This document shows, one piece after another, positions 54,201 to 64,000 of a DNA stretch of 64,000 bases (the stretch's first letter is position 1; each line of letters starts with the position of its first letter). The translations under genes and the position numbers were made by a program. The stretch is from assembly GCF_009914755.1 (NCBI RefSeq), contig NC_060929.1; one strand, written 5' to 3'. Source of the stretch: the human T2T-CHM13v2.0 reference genome, Homo sapiens. Under the pieces are notes generated by a model. It ran no database searches. It saw only the letters and a program-made list of their open reading frames with translations, and was not told the DNA's origin.

Positions 54201-54547
54201 AAGCTTAATTTGGTTGGATATGAAATTCTTGGTTGAAAATTATTTTCTTTAAGAATGTCGAATATTGGCCCCCACTCACTTCTGGCTTGTAGGGTTTCTG
54301 CAGAGAGAGCCACTGTCTCTCTGGGACAAGTCTTCTCTCAGAGAAGTCTGATGGGCTTCTTTTTGTAGGTGACCTGATCTTTCTCTCTGGCTGCCCTTAA
54401 CATTTTTTCCTTGGTTTCAACCTTGGAGAATCTGACAATTATGTGTCTTGGGGTTGCTCTTCTTGAGGAGTATCTTCGTGATGTTCTCTGTATTTCCTGA
54501 ATTTGAATGTTAGCCTGGCTTGCTAGGTTGGGGAAGTTCTCCTGGAT

Positions 54548-55122
54548 TGTTGGGATTCACTCAGGATGGTGGCAGAAATATTAAAGAGAAATATTAGGGA
54601 AAGTTATAGGGAATAGTCACAAACCTTTTTGGAAGGATGAAATGTTACATAGCTTGTAATATTTGAACAGGCTGAAGGTGGCTGGTTCTTACGTTAGAGC
54701 ATTAGGTCATAGGGTAAATACTAGGAACAATACAGGCTTTCCCAGTTAAGTCTGTTTACCCTACCTCCATTAACTAACCTTTGAGACAGATGGCCCTCTG
54801 GGGGTGGGTGTGTGGGTGTGTGTGTGGGGTGGTGGTTTTACCATTCATAGAACTACTCTCTTAACCATGTTAATTATCCACAAATGTGTTTACTCAAGCT
54901 TCTGTTGTTAATTGCATACTAAATAAATGCCTGGAGTGTGAGCTGCTCAGGGCCTTCTTTACAGGACTCTCCTTGGAGTCTCTGAGTGGCCTCGGACCCT
55001 CAGCTGGACTGGCAAAGTAGAATATCTGTATGTTAGCATACATTTTATTCATCTGTCTTTTGGGTCAGGGTCTGTGGGCAGACCTTCGCAGCTAATGCCC
55101 TCTTGTGAGGAGCAATACCTCA
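54548..55122 (+). mobile_element. Solo ERVK-class LTR, probably LTR22 family (HERV-K HML-5)
   Basis: TG...CA termini, aataaa at about 54922, perfect 6-bp TSD ctggat (54542-54547, 55123-55128); family name from recalled consensus start tgttgggattcactcaggatggtggcagaaatatt. Confidence 0.75.
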
Positions 55123-56367
55123 CTGGATAATATCCTGAAGTGTGTTTTCCAACTTGTTTCCATTCTCCCTGTCACTTTCAGATACACCAGTCAATGTAGG
55201 TTTTGTCTTTTCACATAGTCCCATATTTCTTGGAGGCTTTGTTCATTCCTTTTCATTCTTTTTTCTCTAATCTTGTCTTCACGCATTATTTTACTAAGTT
55301 GATCATCAATCTCTGATATCTGTTCTTCCACTTGATCGATTCGGCTATTGAAACTTGTTGTGTATGTTTCACAAAGTTTTTGGCTGTGTTTTTCAGCTCC
55401 ATCAGGTCATTTTTGTTCCTCTCTAAACTAATTATTCTAGTTATCAGTTCCTGTAACCTTTTGTCAAAGTTCTTAGCTTCCTTGCATTGGGTTAGAACAT
55501 GCTCCTTTATCTTAGAGAACTTTGTTATTACTCAACTTCTGAAGCCTACTTCTCTCAATTCATCAATCTCATTCTCCATCCACTTTTGTGCCCTTACTGG
55601 AGAGGAGTTGTGATCATTTGGAGAAGAGGCACTCTGTTTTTTTTTTAATTTTTCAGCATTTTAGTGCTGTTTTTTCCTCATCTTTGTGGATTTATCTGCC
55701 TTTGATCTTTGAGGCTGATGACCTTTGGATAGGGTTTTTGTGTGAGGGTCCTTTTTGTTGATGTTGCAGTTATTGCTTTCTGTTTGTTCGTTTTCCTTGC
55801 TGCAGTTTGCTGGAGGTCCACTCCAGACCCTGTTCACCTGGGTATCACCAGTGGAGGCTACAGAACAGCAAAGATTGCTGCCTGCTCCTTCTTCTGGAAG
55901 CTTCATCCCAGAGGGGCACAAGCCTGATGCCAGCTGGAGCTCTCCTGTATCAGTTGTCGACCCCTGTTGGGAGTTCTCTCCAGTTAGGAGGCACGGGGGT
56001 GAGCAACCCACTTGACGAGGCAGTCTGTCCGTTAACAGAGCTGGTGTGCTGTGCTGAGAGAATCCCTCTTGTCAGGATCAGCTGCTCTTTTCAGAGCTGG
56101 CAGGCAGGAGAGATTAAATCTGCTGAAGCTGCACCCAGAGCCACCCCATCCGCCAGGTGCTCTGTCCCAGGGAGATGCGAGTTTATCTGTAAGCCCTTGA
56201 ATGAGTCTGTTACCTATCCTTCAGAGATGCCCTGCCCATTGAGGAGGAATCTAGAGAAGCAGTCTGACCACAGCCACTTTGCTGTGCTGTGGTGAATTCT
56301 GCCCAGTCCACACCTCCCAGCCTCCTTAAGACTGCCAGGGGAAAACCCACCTACTAAAGCCTCAGTA

Positions 56368-56586
56368 ATGGTGGATGCCCCTCCCCCAACCAAGCTCAAT
56401 TGTCCCAGGTCAACTTCAGACTGCTATGCTGGCAGCAAGAATTTCAAGCCAGTAGTTCTTAGCTTGCTGGGCTCCATGGGACTGGGACCTACTGAGCGAG
56501 ACCATTTGGCTCCCTGGCTTCAGCCCCCTTTCCAGGGGAATAAACAGTCCTGTCTTGCTGAGGTTTCAGGCGCCACTGGGATATGA
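56368..56586 (+). other. L1 ORF0-like antisense ORF (72 aa) in the L1PA7/8 5'UTR
   Basis: MVDAPPPTKL...SDCYA resembles the L1HS ORF0 N-terminus (MAGAPPPASL...SDCCA); Kozak context gtaATGG. Confidence 0.6.
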
Positions 56587-57754
56587 AAAAAACTTCTGCA
56601 GCTAGCTTGGTGTCTGCCCAAACAGCCGCCTAGTTTTGTGCTTGAAACCCAGGGCCCTGGTGGTGTAGGCACATCAGGGAATCTCTTAATGTGCAGATTG
56701 CAAGAACCATGGGAAAAGTGTAGTATCCAGGCTGGACAGCATAGTCCCTCACAGTTTTCCTTGGGTGGGGGAGGGAGGTCCTTCCAGCTCCTTGAACTTC
56801 CTGGGTGAAGCAATGCCCCACCCTGCTTCTGCTCCCTCTCTGTGGGTTGCACCCACTGACTAACCAGTCCCAGTGAGATGAACTGGGTACCTCAGTTGGA
56901 AATGCAGAAATCACCCACCTTCTGTGTTGGTCTCGCTGGGGGCTGCAGACTAGAGCTGTTCCTATTTGGCCATCTTGGCCCCAATCCCAGCTTTTTAAAC
57001 TTGGAACCACATTCAACATATACATTTATTTGAAAAGACTGACTGACATATTACAGGATTTGGTCTCCCATAGTACATGGTATGTTGCTCTACTTAAGTC
57101 ATTCTTTATGTCTTTAAACAGGTAATAGTGCTTTGTTCACACAAAGTCTATACTATTCCTAGAGTTATCCCTGATTTTGTGTTGCTCTAACAATTTTAAT
57201 TGGGATTTTTAAAGTTTTTTTTTGTTTATTTCTAACATGAAACATTTTGGGTGTTATATATTTATCTGAATACTTATTATTTTATGACAACAATCTTGTC
57301 CTGTGCCAAGATATTTTTCCAACATTTATAACCATAATTTCTGTGTCATACCTAACTGCACTGACAAACACATTGAGAATGGTGTTAAATAATCACTATA
57401 GTAAGCATTTTTATTTTGTTCCTAATGTTACCCAAAATGATTAAGCCTAGCCATTAAAATTTTTCTTCATTGTATTAACTTTAGACATTTATCTACTGAG
57501 GCATGACTTTGAAAGATGAGGACACTGATGGATTTGCATTTCCATTTATCTCTTTCATGCCAATTTATTTTCTTATTAATTTTACTTTATTGATATTTTA
57601 AATGACTGCTTTCTATTCTGTAACCTTAGCCTTCACAGTTGTTTAGCCATAGGAACTAAAGTATTTGCTGTCTTTACAGATCTGTATTTTAAATTCATCT
57701 TTCTACTGGCTGGATTCTATAGTGGAGTTTTCACAAGACAGGCTCATGAAAGTT

Positions 57755-59361
57755 TGTATTAGTTTACTAAGGCTGCCATGAAAAGAACAGTCATGCACTT
57801 GCATAATGACATTCTGGTCAATGATGAGCTACATATATGACAGTGGTCCTATAAGATTACAATGGAGCTGAAAAATTCCTATCATCTAGTGACATTGTAT
57901 CCATCAAATATCACGCATCACTCACTTGCTTGTGGTAATGATGGTATAAACAAACCTACTGCGCTTCCAGTCTATAAAAATATAGCACAGGAAATTGTAT
58001 ACAGTACATAATACTTGATGACAATAAACAAAGTGTTAGTGGTTTACATATTCACTCTACTATTCTTTTTATCATTATTTTAGACTGCACTCCCTGCACT
58101 TATTTTGTTTGTTAAGTTAACTGTAAAACAGCCTTAGGCAGGTCCTTCAGGAGGTATTCCTGAAGAAAGCGTTATTGTAGGAGATGACAGCTCCATATGG
58201 GCTACTGGCCCTGAAGACCTTCTAGTGGGACAAGATGCGGAGGAAGAAGACAAGTGATATTGATAATCCTGATCTTAAGTAGGCCTACACTAATGGGTGT
58301 TTGCATGCTAGTTTTTAACAAAAAAGTGTAAAAAGTGAAAAATAAATGAATAAAACATTTTAGAAATAGGAAAAAGCTTAGAGAATAAGGATATAAAGAA
58401 AAGAGTTTTATACAGCTGTAAATGAGCTTATGCTCTGAGATGTGTTACTACCAAAGCGTCAAAAAGTTTTTTATAAATTAAAAAGTTTATAAAATAAAAA
58501 GTGATACTAAGACAAGACTAATTAATAAAGAAAAATATGTTTATAAATTTAGTGTAGCCTAACTACACAGTGTTTATAAAGTCTACAGTAGTGTACAGTA
58601 ATGTCCTAGGACTTCACATTCACCCACTGACTTCTACCCCTGAAGTTCCATTCATGGTAAGTGCCTATACAGGTGTACTCTTTTTCATCTATTATACCAT
58701 ATTTTGACTGTACCTTTTGTATATTTAGGTATGTTTAGATGCACAAATACTTACCATTGTGTTACTATCGTCTATAGTACTCAGTACAGTAATACCCTGC
58801 ATAGGTATGTGGCCTAGGAGCAATAGACTTTACCATATAGCCTAGGTGTGTAGTGGGTTTTTCTATCCAGGGTTGTGTAAGCACACTCTCATATTTGCAC
58901 AACAATGAAATCACCGAACACATTTCTCAGAATGTATTCCTGTCATTAAGTGATACATGACTATACCACAAACTGGGTGGCTTAAAGAACAAAAATTTAC
59001 AGTTTTGGAGGCTAGAAGTCTGAAATCAAGGTGTCAGCAGGGTTGGTTCCTTCTGAGGAAAGTGGAGGAATGATCTGCTACAGGCCTCTCTCTTCATCTT
59101 GTAGATGGCCATCATCTCCTTGGGTCTCTTCACATCATCTTTCCTTTATGCATGTCTGTCTGTATGTCCAAATTTTTCCTTGCTATGAAGACACCAGTCT
59201 TATTGGATTAGGGTCTCACCCTACTCCAGTATAACATTATCTCAATTAATTATATCTTCAGCAACTCCATTTCCAATAAGGTCACATTCTGGGATATGGA
59301 GATTAGGATTTGAAGGTATGAATTTGGTGGGGGTTGGGGGGACACAACCCAACTAATATCA
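57755..59361 (-). mobile_element. MLT1B/C-type LTR split by Tigger3b
   Basis: tgtattagtttactaaggctgcc [insert] taccacaaactgggtggcttaaa...gaaatcaaggtgtcagcagggttgg...gggacaca. Confidence 0.85.
57788..58963. mobile_element. Tigger3b-like TcMar DNA transposon
   Basis: TIRs cagtcatgcacttgcataatgac / gtcattaagtgatacatgact; about 1.18 kb. Confidence 0.85.
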
Positions 59362-59399
59362 GAGCTGCATTGCCCATGGCCATGCATGTTTACAAATAT

Positions 59400-60090
59400 T
59401 TTCCTGTTGGGCAATATATAAGTGGTAATTCAGGCTCCTTTTAAACTCTTGGATAGCTCTTTTCTATTCCTCTTTCCAGGACTTTGCACACATTATTCAA
59501 CTGTCATCTGGAACTGATCATTGCTCTGAATAAGACTGACTCGAGATATGCAAAGGACTCCTTTAACATTCAGCTAATTTTCTAGTTCATGTCCTAGGTA
59601 CTGGTCATTTTCTATCCATTTTTTTCCAGGAATATGATGTACCTTCTTAATATACAAAGTTATATCTTCCTCTATTCCAGAGAGAATTTATTTTACTTTG
59701 CTTCCCATCACACATTTGAATACCTTTTGTACTCTGTACTTCTACAGTAACTACTGGCCATGTATTTGTTCCCCTTGCCCATCTTCTAAACATAGCATCT
59801 TTTCTCAACACACTTTTATTTTTACCTTTTACTCTTTGTATTATTGGTTGTTTTAAATAACTTGTCCTTCAGATGACTATTTTTTTCAGCAGCATCTATA
59901 TAATTTCATGCTATTGCTAATAGGGGTCTCAATTTTGGAATAATTTTGTCTTCAACTTCTGTCCTCAGCTCTGCTAGCTCACTTTTATCTCTTTCTCTTG
60001 TCTCTTCTTTGGATCTCTTTTCTCCCTCTTTATTTATTTTGAATTTTGTATTTTTAAGTACACAGAGGTTATTTCTAAAACTTTCTTGTG
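59400..60090 (-). mobile_element. HAL1/L1ME ORF1-like ancient remnant
   Basis: T-rich degenerate LINE text; charged coiled-coil-like minus-strand translation (KEETRERDKSELAELRTEVEDK). Confidence 0.4.
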
Positions 60091-60092
60091 TT

Positions 60093-61595
60093 AGAGCCCA
60101 AATGGCTAAAGCAAATCCTAAGCCAAACATAACAAAACAAAAACAGAGCTGGAGGCATCACACTACCCAACATCAAACTTTACTACAAGGCTACAGTAGC
60201 CAAAACAGCATGATACTGGTACAAAAACAAACACATAGATGAACAGAACAGTTTAGAAAACCAAGAAATAAAGCTGCACACCTACAACCATCCAATCTTT
60301 GACAAAGTGACAAAAACAAGCAATGGGTAAAGGACTTTCTATTCAATAAAAGATGGTGGGATAACTGGCTAGCCATATGCAGAAGGTTGAAACTGGACCC
60401 ATTCCCTTTACCATATAAAAAATCAACTCAAAATGGATTGAAGACTTAAATATGAAACCTAAAACTTTTTTAAAAGCCTAGAAGGAAACCTAGGCAATAC
60501 CATTCTGGACACAAGCCTTGGCGAAGTTTTCATAATGAAGTCTCCAAAAGCAATTGCAACAACAACAACAAAATAATTGACAAGTAGAACTTAATTAAAC
60601 TAAAGTACAGCAAAAGAAACCATCAACAGAATAAACAAATGACCTACAGAATGGGAGAAAATATTCACAAACTATGTATCCAACAAAGGTCTAATATACG
60701 AATCTATAAGGAACTTAGACAAATCAACAAGCAAAAACCAAACAACCCCATTGAAAACTGGGCAAAGGACATGAACAGACACTTCTAAAAAGAAGACATA
60801 CTCACAGACAATGAGCATGTAAAAAAATGCTCAGCATCCCTGATCATTAGAGAAATGCAAATCAAAACCACAATGAAATACCATCTCACATTGGTCAGAA
60901 TGGCTATTATTAAACAGTTCAAAAAAAATAAAAACCAAAAAAACAGATGCTGTCAAGTTTGCAGAGAAAAGAGAATGCTTATGCACTCCCGGTGGGAAGG
61001 TAAATTAGTTCAGCCACTGTGGACAGCAGTTTGGATATTTCTCAAAGAAATTAAACCAGAACTATAATTTAACCCAGTAATCCCCAAAGGATTGTAGATG
61101 ACTCTACAAAAAGATGCATGAAATAATATGTTCAATTGCAGCACTATTCACAATAGCAAAGACATGGAATCAACCTAGGCACCCACAAATAATGGACTGG
61201 ATAAAGAAAATGTGGTACATATATGCCATTGAATACCATGCAGCCATAAAAAAAGAATGAAATCATGTTTTTGCAGCAACATGGATGTAGCTGGAGGCCA
61301 TTATCCTAAGTGAATTAATGCAAGAACAGAAAACCAAATATGGCATGTTCTTATAAGTGGAAGCTAAATATTGAGTACTCATGGACACAAAGGTGGGAAC
61401 AAGAGACATCGGGGCCTACTTGGCGGTAGAGTTTGAGGGTCAAAAAACTACCTATTGGGTACTATGAGTATAAACTGTGTGACAAAGTAATCTGTACAGC
61501 AAACACCAGTGACATGTAATTTACCCATGTAACAAGGGAGTGCCTGCACATGTACCTCCAGAACCTAAAAGTTGAAAACGAAAAATTAAAAAATT
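60093..61595 (+). mobile_element. 5'-truncated L1PA16/17-like LINE
   Basis: ORF2 C-terminus ([12 protein letters not shown]), 3'UTR aaaaactacctattgggtactatg...gaacctaaaagttg and A-rich tail. Confidence 0.9.
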
Positions 61596-61946
61596 TTTAT
61601 TTTGTTTACTGAGCTAATTCTTCTTCTAAATGTTGTATTCATTGGCTGTTTATGTGTGCCCTTTTCTTTTTTCCTTTTATTTTTAGTGGCTATACAGGGT
61701 CTTACATTGGTTTTTAATTATTACACATTGGTAGGCCAGACCACCAGACTTCCTATTTTTTTCTCTAATTTTCCCCGTTATAGGCTGAATTACGGGCCCC
61801 TCTTCTGTGATCCCAACATGCTCTATGTACTTCCCTATCATCGCACTTTTTACACTTCTGCAATCACTGCCTTGTGTTGTCTGCCTTTTCCACTGTTATT
61901 TCCTTGGTGTGGAAACCACCATTTATTTACACCTCTCGGAAACTAT

Positions 61947-62252
61947 CCAGAGCTGTGCTTTCTAATATGGTAGCTACCAGCTACATATGTCTACTGATTA
62001 CTTGAAATGTGGCTAGTCAAAGTTAAAATGTGCTGCAAAATACATATTGGATTTTGAAGACAATATGACAAAAGGATGTAAAATATGTCATTAATAATTT
62101 GTCATATTGAATACACGCCAAAATTTTGAATCTATTAATTTAAATAAAATATATTATTAAAATTAATTAGGCCTGTTTATTCTTATTTTTAATGAGGCTA
62201 CTATGTAATTTATTGAATGACATATATTTATTTATTTCTTTTGAACAGCAAT
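61947..62252. mobile_element. MER33-like hAT-Charlie element
   Basis: ctgtgctttctaatatggtagctaccagctacatatg...cttgaaatgtggctagt...gaacagca. Confidence 0.75.
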
Positions 62253-62419
62253 GCTCTAGTGTTCTGCCACATAGAAGGCGCTCAGTAAGTCTTCGCTAAA
62301 TAATTAAGTGATTTCAAGGTATACTGCAAAACCATCCTTTTTGATTTGCTTTCTTTGTATTTCCCTCCTAATTTTGGATAGGCCACTAGTGAAGGAAGAG
62401 GAGATAACCTGGTGTGCTT

Positions 62420-62658
62420 GTACTGTAGTTCAGAATGCTGATGGTCAGATGGTTGGGCCAATGGACATGTATCTTACTAGCTATGTAACTATCGGCAAGG
62501 TACTAACCTCTCTGTGCTTTATTTTCTCAAGTATAAAATGGGGATGGGGATGACAACAGAGTGTTGAAAGAATAAAATGAGATAATTTTATGAGCCATTT
62601 CACAGATCAAACTCTGCTTGGCATGGAATAAATGCTCAGCACATGTTAGCTTTATTAC
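62420..62658 (+). mobile_element. MIR
   Basis: cttactagctatgtaactatcggcaaggtactaacctctctgtgc...aaatgagataat. Confidence 0.7.
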
Positions 62659-63494
62659 TTGTGCCATAGCTATTACAGCTCCCTGGTAAAATGTAGAGAG
62701 AACACCTCATTCATTGTTCTTTCAAATTCTATAGAAGGCCAGAATAGAGAATCGCTGTCTCTGTATCCTGAGCAGTTAGAGTTTCCTTGGCAGCAAGGTG
62801 TGGGGACAGTGTCAAGGTCTTAGGAGGCCAGGCATCCTGGAGATAGACAGCAATCTGATGACTTTTCCTGCCAGCTCTGGGATCTTCATACACAGACAGC
62901 TTCCCTGCCTTGGGGCACTGGGAGCTGAGCATCTGGATAATAGCAAACTTGATTAACTTTAAGCAAGAAGAGCACAGCAGAAGAAATAATGATCATAAGC
63001 TCCAAACTTACAAATTAAAATGTGGAAGGCACTGTGGGTCACACACACCACTTATTTATAAATTATGCTTTCCAATTGAGTTTCTAAAATATGTCTGTGC
63101 AAAACTGATTTTTGACCCAAAAAAGCAAAACAGAGGGAAGGGAGGTAGACGTGGCTCCATGTGCATTTAATGCATCTTGAAATTCACCAGGGGACTCCCT
63201 TTTTCTTTGATCTCTTGTAACTTGGCCTGGGCTTGCAAATTAAATGCCTTTCCATTCAGATCTGTTCAATGATCAAATATGCCTGCACACCTGATTGTTC
63301 CAGGGGACTGATGGAGTTTTAATGATATTTTCTGGCACTCACTGCTAGGAGAGACTCCTGAAGGCAGCCCTCATGCAGGTCAAACAGTAGAAAAGGTTGG
63401 GTATTTCTTGGCCTTTGTGCATTTCTAGAGATGTTTTAGTTCTGAATACAACCCTGGTGCAGAATAGGCCCAACCAGCGTAAACAGAAGAGCTG

Positions 63495-63745
63495 TGGCAT
63501 TCCTGAAAAGAATGTGGATTTCAAAGCCAAGGAAACACAATTTAGAATCCCAGTCCTAGCATGTCCTAGCTAGTAACCGCAGAGGCCACTTCTCTTTGAG
63601 TCTCTTTGAGTCAAGTTTTATAACCTGTAAAATGGCTACAATAATAGCAATCTCACCTTCTGGAAGAAGACTAAATGAAATAACACATATAACACTTCTA
63701 CCATAAGACCTGATATGCAGTACGGGCTCAAATATGGTAGCAATT
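63495..63745 (+). mobile_element. MIR
   Basis: gaatcccagtcct...ctgtaaaatgg...ctaaatgaaataacacat...ctcaaatatggtagc. Confidence 0.65.
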
Positions 63746-64000
63746 GTGTTTTGTTTGTGACTAACAAGAACTTTAAGAAATAAATATGCTCCTACACTAC
63801 CCCTTACTATGAATCATACATAGTAAGCAGGAAATGTTTTAGCTCTACCTATTAGGCACTAATATCTCATTATTAAGTATTGAAATGAATTATTTATTCC
63901 ATATTCAGCTAAAAAATCTGTATTTATACAATTATCAAGCCTCTTTTGAAAGCAGAAAACTGACAGCTTCTTGATAAAAGGAAGAGAGACAGTCTCACAC

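Noticed and set aside
55661-57025. Other long ORFs in the L1PA7/8 5'UTR (162, 131, 116, 110 aa)
   Set aside because: Chance frames in GC-rich UTR sequence, several with non-ATG starts; only the ORF0-like frame resembles a known product.

Overview
Primate (catarrhine-type, probably human or ape) euchromatic DNA, AT-rich and dominated by transposable elements, probably intronic or intergenic. I recognise no protein-coding gene, RNA gene or CRISPR array. Almost every ORF in the supplied track comes from Alu, L1, LTR or simple repeats, or is a short chance ORF. 0.3-6.2 kb is a nested L1/Alu block. 6.2-28 kb mixes unique DNA with MIR, L2, MLT/MST and Alu elements, and has a few exon-like segments at 8-9.5 kb. 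28.4-57.5 kb is almost pure nested TE: an ancient L1ME hosts a full-length L1MA (with L1PA13 > THE1D > Alu fragment inside it) and a near full-length L1PA7/8 (with AluSp and a solo ERVK-type LTR inside it). 57.5-64 kb holds MLT1/Tigger3b, HAL1-like, L1PA16-like, MER33 and MIR elements. I found no convincing novel biological system. The best leads are a palindromic-unit AT-rich minisatellite, an open ORF0-like antisense ORF in the L1PA7/8 5'UTR, a tail-less 40-bp Alu insert, two probable L1-into-L1 insertion/deletion chimeras, a templated 116-bp local duplication and a cluster of inverted AluY elements. Subfamily names come from recalled consensus sequences and need RepeatMasker/Dfam confirmation. 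Coordinates of old elements are approximate.
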